Positions 1-8,058 of a stretch of DNA of 64,000 nt are shown in pieces. Every line of letters starts with the position of its first letter. The first letter of the stretch is position 1. The translations under genes and the position numbers were made by a program. The notes under the pieces are model-generated. The model did no database searches. It worked only from the letters and a program-made list of their open reading frames with translations, and had not been told where the DNA came from. Source of the stretch: Candidatus Limnocylindria bacterium (GTDB lineage: Bacteria > Chloroflexota > Limnocylindria > QHBO01); assembly GCA_036380455.1 (NCBI GenBank), contig DASVEQ010000096.1:21484-85483 (forward strand). The letters run 5' to 3'.

Positions 1-270
1 CTGGCGCGTGAGGCGTTCGAGGAGGCGCGAATCCCGGGATCGATCTCGATTCCCGCCGGTGACGCGCTCCGCATCGCTCCGGACGTGCTCGCCAGGGACC
101 AGCCGGTGATCGTCTACTGCTCCTCGCGCAGCTGCACGGCCAGCCCGACCCTGGCGCAGAAGCTCGTCGACATCGGGTTCACGGATGTGACCGACTTCGC
201 GGGCGGCGTCGAGGAATGGGAGCGCGCCGGCTTCCCGATGCAGGGCACCCGCGTCCTCGTCCCCGCCTGA
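1..270 (+). CDS. Rhodanese-like sulfurtransferase domain protein, C-terminal part (5' end outside window)
   Basis: The frame is open from base 1 to the TGA at 268-270. The translation ...RIPGSISIPAG...QPVIVYCSSRSC...GGVEEWERAGFP resembles the C-terminal half of a single-domain rhodanese with its active-site Cys loop. Confidence 0.6.
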   Translation: MAREAFEEARIPGSISIPAGDALRIAPDVLARDQPVIVYCSSRSCTASPTLAQKLVDIGFTDVTDFAGGVEEWERAGFPMQGTRVLVPA

Positions 271-277
271 TCCAGCG

Positions 278-568
278 ATGGACGAGGCGACGCCCGGCGT
301 TCGGTGTGATGCGACCGATGACGGCTGGCGCTGTCTTGTTCGGCTCGGCTCGGAGCGCGGTGCGGCGGAGCACGAGGTGACGCTCGACCGAGCCACGCTC
401 GACGACCTCGCACCCGGCGCCACGCCGGAGGCGCTCGTCGACGCGTCGTTCCGATTCCTGCTCGAACGGGAGCCTCCCGACGCGATCCTCCGCAGCTTCG
501 AGCTCCCGCTCATCGCTCGCTACTTCGCCGATTTCCCCGCCGAGATCAGGCGTCGGGTGGCGGGCTGA
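278..568 (+). CDS. Hypothetical small protein
   Basis: 96-codon ORF with GC-rich third positions and a protein-like composition (…SFRFLLEREPPDAILRSFELPLIARYF…). I can name no motif. The 3' end overlaps the convergent RES gene by 23 nt. Confidence 0.45.
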   Translation: MDEATPGVRCDATDDGWRCLVRLGSERGAAEHEVTLDRATLDDLAPGATPEALVDASFRFLLEREPPDAILRSFELPLIARYFADFPAEIRRRVAG

Positions 569-1118
569 CCTCTTTGGTCTCCACCGGCTCGACCGCCACG
601 GTGGCTCGTCGCCGCGCTCGGGGCAGGAAGGAGCGAGGCGCCGCCGGCAGGTTCTCGAGGAAGCAGACGACGTTGAAGCGCTTCGCGTCGTCGAGGTGCG
701 CCACGCTCGGAACGAGGAGGCCGTGGAGGTCGAGCGAGTCTCGGAAGAAGGTGGCGACGGCGCGCGCGATCCTCGGGTCGAGCCAGCACTCGGGCGCGTC
801 GTCGCGGCCGATGAGGGTGAGCACGCCTCGCTCACGCAGGTCGATCGTGCGCTCGAGGCGGACGCCAAGCTCGTAGACGGCGCGTCGCGCGGCGGCCGCC
901 TGACCTCCGCGATCGACGGCCAGGTGGCGCGCGAACTCGGCGATCGCCACCGCCGAGTCGGACGCGAGATAGAGCGTCGGCTGTCCCTGCCAGTGCCAGC
1001 GGCCACTGCTGCGGCGGCCGGCGAAGCGCAGGTCGCGGATGTCGTAGCCCGCGTCGGCGGGGATGTGGCGGAACGCGGTGCCGGCCCACGGCCGGATGCG
1101 GTCGGCGAGGGACGCCAC
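546..1118 (-). CDS. RES-domain toxin (RES/Xre type II toxin-antitoxin system)
   Basis: 190 aa. FRHIP…GRWHWQGQPTLYLASDSAVAIAEF… and …LLVPSVAH… fit the Arg/Glu/Ser signature of RES-domain toxins. Its start codon directly abuts the stop of the upstream Xre-like gene. Confidence 0.8.
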   Translation of the reverse strand: MASLADRIRPWAGTAFRHIPADAGYDIRDLRFAGRRSSGRWHWQGQPTLYLASDSAVAIAEFARHLAVDRGGQAAAARRAVYELGVRLERTIDLRERGVLTLIGRDDAPECWLDPRIARAVATFFRDSLDLHGLLVPSVAHLDDAKRFNVVCFLENLPAAPRSFLPRARRRATVAVEPVETKEVSPPPDA

Positions 1119-1463
1119 CTAGTAGCCCGCGCCCTCGTAGTCGGACGCCAGCGAGGCGAGGACCCGATCCGCCTCGCCGCGCTCGATGAGCTGAAGCGCG
1201 GTCAGCCCGCCCCACTCGGCCAGGGGAGCGTCGAGGAAGTCCGCAAGACCCTCCCGTGAGTACACCGCCGTGCCCAGGTCCGCGATCTCGTGGAGCTGTG
1301 CCATTCGCGCTCGGACCTCGTCGCGCGCGGGGCGCACCGGCTTCGCCTCCCAGCGCTCGACCGTCTTGGCGCTCACGCCGATGAGGCGGGCCAGGCGCTC
1401 CCGCGACAGGCGGAACAGTTCGCGCAGGTCGCGCGGCTGGACGGGGGCGACACGGACGTTCAT
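1119..1463 (-). CDS. Xre-family HTH antitoxin with DUF2384-like C-terminal domain
   Basis: The ORF track gives 1119..1739, but only the last 114 codons look like protein, starting at the ATG at 1461-1463. There is an HTH segment LSRERLARLIGVSAKTVERWE followed by GGLTALQLIERGEADRVLASLASDYEG. Confidence 0.8.
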   Translation of the reverse strand: MNVRVAPVQPRDLRELFRLSRERLARLIGVSAKTVERWEAKPVRPARDEVRARMAQLHEIADLGTAVYSREGLADFLDAPLAEWGGLTALQLIERGEADRVLASLASDYEGAGY

Positions 1464-1518
1464 GCGATAGGGTGTCCAGACATGTGTCCAGACATTGTGC
1501 GAATCGGGAAGCGGACGG

Positions 1519-3126
1519 TCAAGGGCTGCCGACGATCGGCAGGGCGGAAGCTTCGTAGATCCGGTTGAGGACCCACATCCCGTCGGTGGCCGGGTCGGTG
1601 AGGTTCGTCTGGGCCTGCTCCAGCATGATGTACGGGTGCATCCGCGCCTGGGCGAGGCGGGTGCCGACGAACGCGAGCTCGAGCAGGACGCCCTCCTGCG
1701 TCTGCTGGCTCCACTCCTGGCCGAACAGGAAGTTGCCATGGCTCGCCATCGTCACGCGGTGGTCGCCGTCGTCGGTCGGGGTGATCTCGATCGGCCCCGA
1801 CCAGTGCGTACCGTGCCCGAGGACGTGGTCGCAACCGGCGTCGAAGAAGACCTGCTGCTGTCGGCGCATGTCGCCCAGGAACTGCGCGTGGTACTCGCCC
1901 CCGCCCCACCATTGCGGGACGCAGACGACCAGGTCGGCGTCGGCGGCCCGGGCGCGCCCGACCGCCTCGGCCACGTTCTCGTCGCGCAGCCACAGCACAC
2001 CGGGCTGGCCCGGCCCCGCCTCGAGCGACCCGGGGATCTCGTTGAAGGCGACGAACGCGAAGGTCAGCCCGTTCACGTCGACGTAGGCAGGCTCGAGTGC
2101 TGCGTCGAGGTCGACGCCGGCGCCGGCCGTGGGGATGCCCGCCGCCGCGAACTTGTCGAGGGTCTGGAGGAAGCCCGGCGTGCCGCGGTCGAACAGATGA
2201 TTGGCGGCGAGCGTCGCCACGTCGACGCCGTACGTATCGCGCAGCTGCGGGAGGACGGCCGGGTCGATCGAGAAGATGACGCCCTCGTTCACCGTCCAAT
2301 CGTCGACGACGGGGCACTCGAAGTCGTCGAGCGTCACGTCCGCGCCGCTGACCAGTTCCGCCACCGCCCCCTCGTTGCCGGTCGGCACCGCATCCACGAT
2401 GTTGAAGCCGTTCCCCACGAAGCCCTCTGGTACCGGGTTGGGGTAGACGGCCGTGTACTCCGCCGTTCCGCCGCCGAAGACCCACTCCCAGCCGCGGCCG
2501 AGCGTGACCGCCGCATGCGCCACGCCCCGATCAGGGCACGAGTCGCCCAGGCTCATCAGGGTTCGGACCTCCTCGACATGCAACGCCCAGCCCGCGCGGT
2601 CCTCGGCCAGCTGCACGCGCACCGAATACGGGTACGCCGCGGCACGTGCCTCCGCATTGCCGAAGAGGTCGGCCCCGTCGACGGGGAGCACCTTGACCGT
2701 CGGCACCACCAGGCCGGCGGGCAGGAAGGCGAGGTCGGTTGGGTTGGCGAGGAGGTGGTCGACCACCGCATCGGCGTCCCGGCAGCGGGGCACCGGGTTC
2801 ACCGCCGTGAGGAACTCGCACAGCTGGATGAACGCATCGGCGTCGATGGCGGCCTCGACCTCCGCCTCCGTGATGGCGGCCTTCGGGTTGGTGTAGCCGG
2901 TGACGACGGCCAGCGGCACCTCCACCTCGGGCACCGGGCTGGGGCTCGGGCTCGGGCTCGGGGTTGGTTCAACCGTGGGGGTCGGGCCGGGGCTTACGCT
3001 CGTGGCCGAGGGTGAGGGCGTGGAGGTGGTGCACGCCGTGGCCGTAACCACCGCCATGAGCACCAGGGCCGTCCGCGCTGGGCAGTGAAGCGGGCGGGCA
3101 ATCTCGAACGGCAGCATCGGCGGCAC
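1519..3126 (-). CDS. CapA-family (poly-gamma-glutamate synthesis/metallophosphatase-like) lipoprotein
   Basis: 535 aa. The N-terminus has a hydrophobic segment ending in a lipobox-like TATAC, then a Pro/Ser/Thr linker. The C-terminal half (…ATLAANHLFD…, …VVCVPQWWGGGEYH…, …VLGHGTHW…, …ASHGNFLF…) is typical of CapA/PgsA-family proteins. Confidence 0.7.
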   Translation of the reverse strand: MPPMLPFEIARPLHCPARTALVLMAVVTATACTTSTPSPSATSVSPGPTPTVEPTPSPSPSPSPVPEVEVPLAVVTGYTNPKAAITEAEVEAAIDADAFIQLCEFLTAVNPVPRCRDADAVVDHLLANPTDLAFLPAGLVVPTVKVLPVDGADLFGNAEARAAAYPYSVRVQLAEDRAGWALHVEEVRTLMSLGDSCPDRGVAHAAVTLGRGWEWVFGGGTAEYTAVYPNPVPEGFVGNGFNIVDAVPTGNEGAVAELVSGADVTLDDFECPVVDDWTVNEGVIFSIDPAVLPQLRDTYGVDVATLAANHLFDRGTPGFLQTLDKFAAAGIPTAGAGVDLDAALEPAYVDVNGLTFAFVAFNEIPGSLEAGPGQPGVLWLRDENVAEAVGRARAADADLVVCVPQWWGGGEYHAQFLGDMRRQQQVFFDAGCDHVLGHGTHWSGPIEITPTDDGDHRVTMASHGNFLFGQEWSQQTQEGVLLELAFVGTRLAQARMHPYIMLEQAQTNLTDPATDGMWVLNRIYEASALPIVGSP

Positions 3127-3265
3127 AGTATAGGAGCGGGTCCATGTTCGGCCGGCTTGGGCGCAGGTACCGGTTGGCGCGGTAACTGCAGCCGTATTCG
3201 ATCACGGGGACTCCTGAGGCTGCCCGAGCGCTGAATCCCTGCTGACGCGAGGAGGAGCCATTCAC

Positions 3266-3739
3266 ATGTACCGTCGACTTGTCCCGACCATCGTCGTTCT
3301 CACGCTGCTCATGCTCCTTGGAGCACTCACCGTTGCGCCGGTCGCCGCGCAGTCGGACCGCGCGACCGTTGTCTATCGCCTTGCCCTCAGTGGCGCCGAG
3401 GAGGTATGTGACCCGGCGAACCTGTGCGGCGGGGAGGGAACCGGCGAGGCGATCCTGATCGTCAATCCCAGCGCCGACCGAGTGTGCGTGCTCGCGCGAT
3501 GGCGTGACGTGGAGGGCACCGTGTTCGCTGCGCACATCCACGTGGCCGCCGCGGGGGTGGCAGGCCCGGTCGTCGTGCCGTTGTTCGTGGGTACGACGCT
3601 CACGGGCGACGACAAGGCGCGCTCGTGCGTGGACGGTCTCGGCCTGGCGGATGACATCAATGCCAACCCGGCCGGGTACTACCTGAACATTCACAGCACG
3701 ACCTTCCCTGCTGGCGCACTCCGCGCTCAGCTGGGCTGA
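3266..3739 (+). CDS. Secreted CHRD-domain protein
   Basis: 157 aa with a signal-peptide-like N-terminus (…LLGALTVAPVAAQS). AAHIHVAAAGVAGPVVVPL and YYLNIHSTTFPAGALRAQL match the CHRD domain pattern. A GAGGAGG sits upstream of the ATG. Confidence 0.75.
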   Translation: MYRRLVPTIVVLTLLMLLGALTVAPVAAQSDRATVVYRLALSGAEEVCDPANLCGGEGTGEAILIVNPSADRVCVLARWRDVEGTVFAAHIHVAAAGVAGPVVVPLFVGTTLTGDDKARSCVDGLGLADDINANPAGYYLNIHSTTFPAGALRAQLG

Positions 3740-3760
3740 CCTTCTTCACACGGGCGACAC

Positions 3761-3786
3761 GGAGCCGCGGCCCAGGTCGCGGCTCC
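3761..3786 (+). terminator. GC-rich hairpin downstream of the CHRD gene (possible terminator)
   Basis: GGAGCCGCG (3761-3769) pairs with CGCGGCTCC (3778-3786) across an 8-nt loop. There is no U-tract. Confidence 0.35.
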
Positions 3787-3798
3787 ACCCCTGCGCGG

Positions 3799-4155
3799 AT
3801 GGGTCAGCGGAATGAGGTCTATCATCCACGTCCCATGACCGCCGAACAGTCTGCGACCGCCGAACAGTCTGCCCATCGATCCGCCCTCGGCTTCGGGACC
3901 GGCACCTCCGACGATCACCGGGACGGCATCCGCTGGGTGGACTACCAGAACATCAGCTGGAATCCGGTGTTCTGCAAGCGCTGCGACATCTGCGTTGAGA
4001 TCTGCCCGAAGGACACGCTGGTGCTGCGCAACGACGCGATCATCGAGGAGGACAACTGCATCCTGTGCGGTCTGTGCGAGCGCTACTGCCCGGACCTGGC
4101 GATCGAGATGATTCCGTCCGCGGTGGCCGCGCATTCGGCCAAGGCCGATGGCTGA
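3799..4155 (+). CDS. 2-oxoacid:ferredoxin oxidoreductase delta subunit (2x[4Fe-4S] ferredoxin-type)
   Basis: Two CxxCxxCxxxCP motifs (CKRCDICVEICP and CILCGLCERYCP) and operon context with the alpha/beta/gamma subunits. The start is uncertain: ATG 3799 or ATG 3835. Confidence 0.75.
   Translation: MGQRNEVYHPRPMTAEQSATAEQSAHRSALGFGTGTSDDHRDGIRWVDYQNISWNPVFCKRCDICVEICPKDTLVLRNDAIIEEDNCILCGLCERYCPDLAIEMIPSAVAAHSAKADG
3837..3872 (+). repeat. Perfect 18-bp tandem duplication (2 copies) at the 5' end of the delta-subunit gene
   Basis: GACCGCCGAACAGTCTGC occurs at 3837-3854 and again at 3855-3872. It is in frame and encodes TAEQSA TAEQSA. Confidence 0.9.
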
Positions 4156-4227
4156 CGCCGACAGGCCGGTCCGAACGTTGATGGTGCCCTACCGGCGGAC
4201 CCTCGCCCCGGCATCCAGATCGGACCG

Positions 4228-4668
4228 ATGAGCCGCCGGTTGATCGGTTACCCCACGGGATGGACGCTCGCCGTGCTCCACGATCCAGGCACTCCGGCCA
4301 CTGTCATCAGCGAGCTGGTGGCCGACGGCGTGCCCCGCGACGATGTGATCGAACTGAGCGGGGAGGGTTCGCGCGCGGGCCTGGATCGGCTCGGGAGCTC
4401 GGCTGGGCTCGCCGCCAGGATCCGCCGCGGCCTGCAGTTCATGACGATGGACCAGATGCCCGATCTTCACGTCTACGAGCTGGCCATCGAGCAGGGCCAT
4501 GCCGTCATTGGCCTGCGAATCGGCGACAGCGAGCAGCGGCGGCGCGCCGTTGATGTGCTGCGCCGACACGGCGCGCACTTCATCAACCGCTTCGGCGCCT
4601 GGGCCACCGAGGAGATCGCTCCCTGGCGCGGACCGACCCTCGACCTGCCACAGTACATGCGGCGCTGA
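4228..4668 (+). CDS. Hypothetical protein embedded in the oxidoreductase operon
   Basis: 146-aa ORF with coding-like composition and no TM segment. It lies on the same strand between the delta subunit (72-nt gap) and the alpha subunit (23-nt gap). I recognise no family. Confidence 0.55.
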   Translation: MSRRLIGYPTGWTLAVLHDPGTPATVISELVADGVPRDDVIELSGEGSRAGLDRLGSSAGLAARIRRGLQFMTMDQMPDLHVYELAIEQGHAVIGLRIGDSEQRRRAVDVLRRHGAHFINRFGAWATEEIAPWRGPTLDLPQYMRR

Positions 4669-4691
4669 CCGATGGGTATCATCGCCGTCCC

Positions 4692-5828
4692 ATGACCCGC
4701 AATCTGACCCAGGGAAACGAGGCGGTCTTCCGGGGGGCGTTGGCAGCCGGGGCGGGCTACTACGCCGGATACCCGATCAGCCCGTCGACCGAGATCCTGA
4801 ACATCGCCTCCGGACACGCGGCGGATCATCCGGAGTTTCGCTTCCTCCAGGCCGAGGACGAGATCGCATCGGCCAACGCGGTGATCGGCGCCTCGCTGGC
4901 GGGCGCGAAGGCCTTCACGGCCACGAGCGGCCCTGGCTTCAGCCTCATGCAGGAGGCGGTCGGCTACGCCCAGAAGGTCGGTGTCCCATCGGTCTTCGTG
5001 AACGTCATGCGGGTCGGGCCGGCGACGGGCATGCCGACGATGCCCGGCCAGGGCGACATCATGCAGGTGAAGTGGGGCTCGACCGGTGACTACACGCCGA
5101 TCGCCTTCTACCCGAACGGCGTGGAGGAGGCCTTCCGGATCACCGTCGAGGCCTTCAACGCGGCCGAGGAGTCGCGCTCGCCGGTCGTCGTGCTGTCGGA
5201 CACGTTCGTCGCCCACCTCAACGAGGTCGTCGACCTCGACGCCGTGCGGGGCGAGGTGAGCGTGGTGGAACGCGCGATCGCGCCGCTCGGTGAATTCACC
5301 GAGACGCCGCGCTTCTTCGCCGGCGTCCTCATGTATGAGCACGGGCCGAACGCGGGCGAGCCGGCGACGGCGGATGCCGACGAGTACCTGCGCCAGTTCT
5401 ACGAGGCCAAGCATCGGCATCTCGAGGTGGCGAAGCGCCACGCGCGATACGAGCATGGCTGGAACGTCGACGCCGAGGTGCTGGTTGTCTGCTACGGCAT
5501 CGTGTCGCGGGTGGCGGCGCCGATCCGCGACGAGTTCGCGCTCTTCCGGCCGATCCGGATCCACCCGGTCCTCGACGAGGAGCTGCGATCGATCGTCGAC
5601 CGCTATCGCGAGATCGTGGTCGTCGAGGCGAACGACGGCCAGTACGCCGACCTCGTCGAGCTCGCCATTCACCGCCAGGTGAAACGGGTGCCGCTGCTCG
5701 GTGGCCGCATCTCGCTGGAAGCGGTGCGGGAGGGGATCGACCGTGTGCTGTCCGGTGGTCCGTCCGAGCCGCCGATCCCGCCGGAGCCAAGCGAGCACCG
5801 GCCTCGTTCGCCGTTGGGGGTGGGGTAG
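4692..5828 (+). CDS. 2-oxoacid:ferredoxin oxidoreductase alpha subunit
   Basis: 378 aa. The N-terminal GNEAVFRGALAAGAGYYAGYPISPSTEI is the characteristic alpha-subunit (KorA/PorA-type) signature. Confidence 0.85.
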   Translation: MTRNLTQGNEAVFRGALAAGAGYYAGYPISPSTEILNIASGHAADHPEFRFLQAEDEIASANAVIGASLAGAKAFTATSGPGFSLMQEAVGYAQKVGVPSVFVNVMRVGPATGMPTMPGQGDIMQVKWGSTGDYTPIAFYPNGVEEAFRITVEAFNAAEESRSPVVVLSDTFVAHLNEVVDLDAVRGEVSVVERAIAPLGEFTETPRFFAGVLMYEHGPNAGEPATADADEYLRQFYEAKHRHLEVAKRHARYEHGWNVDAEVLVVCYGIVSRVAAPIRDEFALFRPIRIHPVLDEELRSIVDRYREIVVVEANDGQYADLVELAIHRQVKRVPLLGGRISLEAVREGIDRVLSGGPSEPPIPPEPSEHRPRSPLGVG

Positions 5829-5990
5829 TGGCCGCGTTCGTGGCAGTTGTCGCTGAGGCACCCAACGGCCGACTTCGATCCCCTCGTTGTCCGTGGCTTA
5901 CCGGCGGGGCAAGGTACGACCAAGAACGCCCCGCCTTGGGCGCCTCCTTCGCCGTTGGTTGCCCTGACGGCAAAAGCGAGGAGGATTCCC

Positions 5991-7430
5991 GTGCCTGAGG
6001 CGCCGATGGCCGAGATGACCTACAAGGATCGGCTGAAGCTCGACCTGTTCCCGACGATCTGGTGTCCCGGTTGCGGCATCGGCACGATCATGATGCAGCT
6101 GGCGATGACGCTCGACGAGATGAGGCTGGACGAGCGGAACACGATCATCGTCACCGGCATCGGCTGCACGGGCCGCATGGGCGGCTACCTGAAGCACGAG
6201 GCGGTGTACACCCTCCACGGCCGCACCCTGCCCGTCGCCGAGGCGATCAAGGCAGTGAAGCCGGAGATGAACGTCATCGTCGTGGCCGGCGACGGCGACA
6301 CCGCCAGCATCGGCGGCAACCACCTCATCCACAGCATCCGCCGCAACGCGCCGGTCACCGTGCTGTGCAACAACAACGAGATCTACGGCCTGACCGGCGG
6401 CCAGACCGGCCCGACCACCCCCACGGGCACGAAGACGCTCAGCTCGCCCGGCGGGAACCCGAACACACCGATCAACCTCCAGGGCCTGGTGCGCTCGTCG
6501 CCCCATGCGCTGTACGCGAAGTCGACCGTCTACCACCAGCTCCACCTCCGCAATGTGATCCGCGAGGCGATCGAGTGGCCGGGATTCAGCTTCGTCGACA
6601 TCACGAGCCAGTGCATCGAGAACAACGGGCGGCGCATCGGCTTTGCCAGCGCCAACGACATGCTCACGTTCTACCGCAAGACCTACAAGCGGGCGCCGAA
6701 GGAAGCCAGCCAGCTCAACCCGTTCGAGATCGGCGTCGTCTATCCGCTGGAGCATCCGGCCCGCAACGGCCACGCCGCCGATGGCGAAGGGGGGCGGCCG
6801 GACGCACTGCCCGAGCAGCCGGTCGGACCACTGGCGTCGGCGACCGAGTCGCCCGGGGAGGGCGGCGCCACGGCTCCCGAGGCGGCGACCGCCGCCGTGG
6901 AGCCGCGGACGGGTGACGACAAGGCGCGCCGGAGGGCCGAGTCGCAGGAGCGCGCGACGCTCATGGGCCAGCTCTCGCCGGAGGTGAAGATGAGGGTCGC
7001 GACGCGCGAGATCACCCTGCCGCAGGCACTGGCCGATGCCGGGCTCGAGATCCCGGAATGGTTGCGCACTGGCGCGTCGGCCCCGGCCGAGGCGCCCCAG
7101 CCGGCCGGCGACGTCGAGCCGTCCGCCACGGGCACCGATCCGCAGTCGGCGTTGAAGCCGCAGCTCGACGCGCAAAAAGCGGAGGCCGCTGCCGAAGGCC
7201 GCGATCTCGTGGGAGGCATGCCGGGCACGGACACGCAGCCTGTTGCGCCGCGCTCCGCTGAGGACGCAAGGCCCGCATCGGTCGCCGATCCGAAGGAGGC
7301 GAAACGTGCGGAGGCGCAGCGCAAGCTGGCGCTCATGCAGCGGCTGCCGTCCGAGTTGAAGCTCCGCGTCGCGCAGCGCGAGATCAGCCTCGAGGACGCG
7401 ATGCGCGAGGCCGGAATCGAGCCGGAATGA
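5991..7430 (+). CDS. 2-oxoacid:ferredoxin oxidoreductase beta subunit (TPP-binding) with a roughly 225-aa C-terminal extension
   Basis: WCPGCGIG, TGIGCTG and the VVAGDGDTASIGGNHLIHSIRRN TPP motif are present. I prefer the GTG at 5991, 5 nt after GAGGAGGA (5978-5985), or the ATG at 6006, over the TTG at 5847 used by the ORF track. The stop overlaps the gamma start (ATGA). Confidence 0.8.
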   Translation: MPEAPMAEMTYKDRLKLDLFPTIWCPGCGIGTIMMQLAMTLDEMRLDERNTIIVTGIGCTGRMGGYLKHEAVYTLHGRTLPVAEAIKAVKPEMNVIVVAGDGDTASIGGNHLIHSIRRNAPVTVLCNNNEIYGLTGGQTGPTTPTGTKTLSSPGGNPNTPINLQGLVRSSPHALYAKSTVYHQLHLRNVIREAIEWPGFSFVDITSQCIENNGRRIGFASANDMLTFYRKTYKRAPKEASQLNPFEIGVVYPLEHPARNGHAADGEGGRPDALPEQPVGPLASATESPGEGGATAPEAATAAVEPRTGDDKARRRAESQERATLMGQLSPEVKMRVATREITLPQALADAGLEIPEWLRTGASAPAEAPQPAGDVEPSATGTDPQSALKPQLDAQKAEAAAEGRDLVGGMPGTDTQPVAPRSAEDARPASVADPKEAKRAEAQRKLALMQRLPSELKLRVAQREISLEDAMREAGIEPE

Positions 7431-8050
7431 GCACGAAGATCGCCCTGGACGGAGTCGGCGGCCAGGGCGTGCGGGTGATCGCGGGCGTGATGGGGGCGCT
7501 CCTGGCGCGGATGGGCAAGGAGGTCACCGTGCTGTTCGACTACGACTCCAGCGTTCGCGGCAGCATGAGCGACGCGTTCCTCATCTTCGACGACCATCCG
7601 ATCGAAAACCCCGTCGTCGAGGAGGCGGACATCATGCTGAAGCTCGCCGACAAGGGGCACCTGCGCATCCACGCGCCCAAGGTGGTCGCCGATCTCGGAC
7701 TGGACGTCCCCGGCGCCGAGCAGATCCCGTTCGCGTCGCTCGGCAGCCAGCGCTTCGGCAGGGAGCTGTTCGGCAACATGATCGCGCTCGGCCGGCTCCT
7801 GCGACTGGCCGGCATCGACTTCGACGAGGCCGCGATTCGCGAGTCCCTGCCCCGACGCTTCGTGGATGACAATGTGGCGGCGATCCGCTTCGGGTACGAG
7901 CTCACCGAGGGCGAGATCGAGCGCCTCGCCGCCGCCGCCCCGCCGTCGCGGTTCGAGATGAACACCGCTGCCACGACGCCGAACCACCGGCCGGTCGGTG
8001 GCGGCCTCGACGCCAGCGCGCTGCCGGCCGACGTGGCCGAAACCGGCTAG
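7427..8050 (+). CDS. 2-oxoacid:ferredoxin oxidoreductase gamma subunit
   Basis: 207 aa. The N-terminal IALDGVGGQGV matches the G-x-GGQG motif of gamma subunits. It is translationally coupled to the beta subunit. Confidence 0.75.
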   Translation: MSTKIALDGVGGQGVRVIAGVMGALLARMGKEVTVLFDYDSSVRGSMSDAFLIFDDHPIENPVVEEADIMLKLADKGHLRIHAPKVVADLGLDVPGAEQIPFASLGSQRFGRELFGNMIALGRLLRLAGIDFDEAAIRESLPRRFVDDNVAAIRFGYELTEGEIERLAAAAPPSRFEMNTAATTPNHRPVGGGLDASALPADVAETG

Positions 8051-8058
8051 GAGGACCC

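Noticed and set aside
1464-1739. N-terminal 92 codons of the track ORF 1119..1739.
   Set aside because: The composition is Ser/Arg/Cys-rich junk, and the HTH antitoxin domain begins at the ATG at 1461-1463.
5847-5990. TTG start at 5847 for the oxidoreductase beta subunit, as in the ORF track.
   Set aside because: The added 48 residues are Pro/Ala-rich and unlike beta-subunit N-termini. A strong GAGGAGGA precedes the GTG at 5991, just before the conserved …YKDRLK…WCPGCG region.
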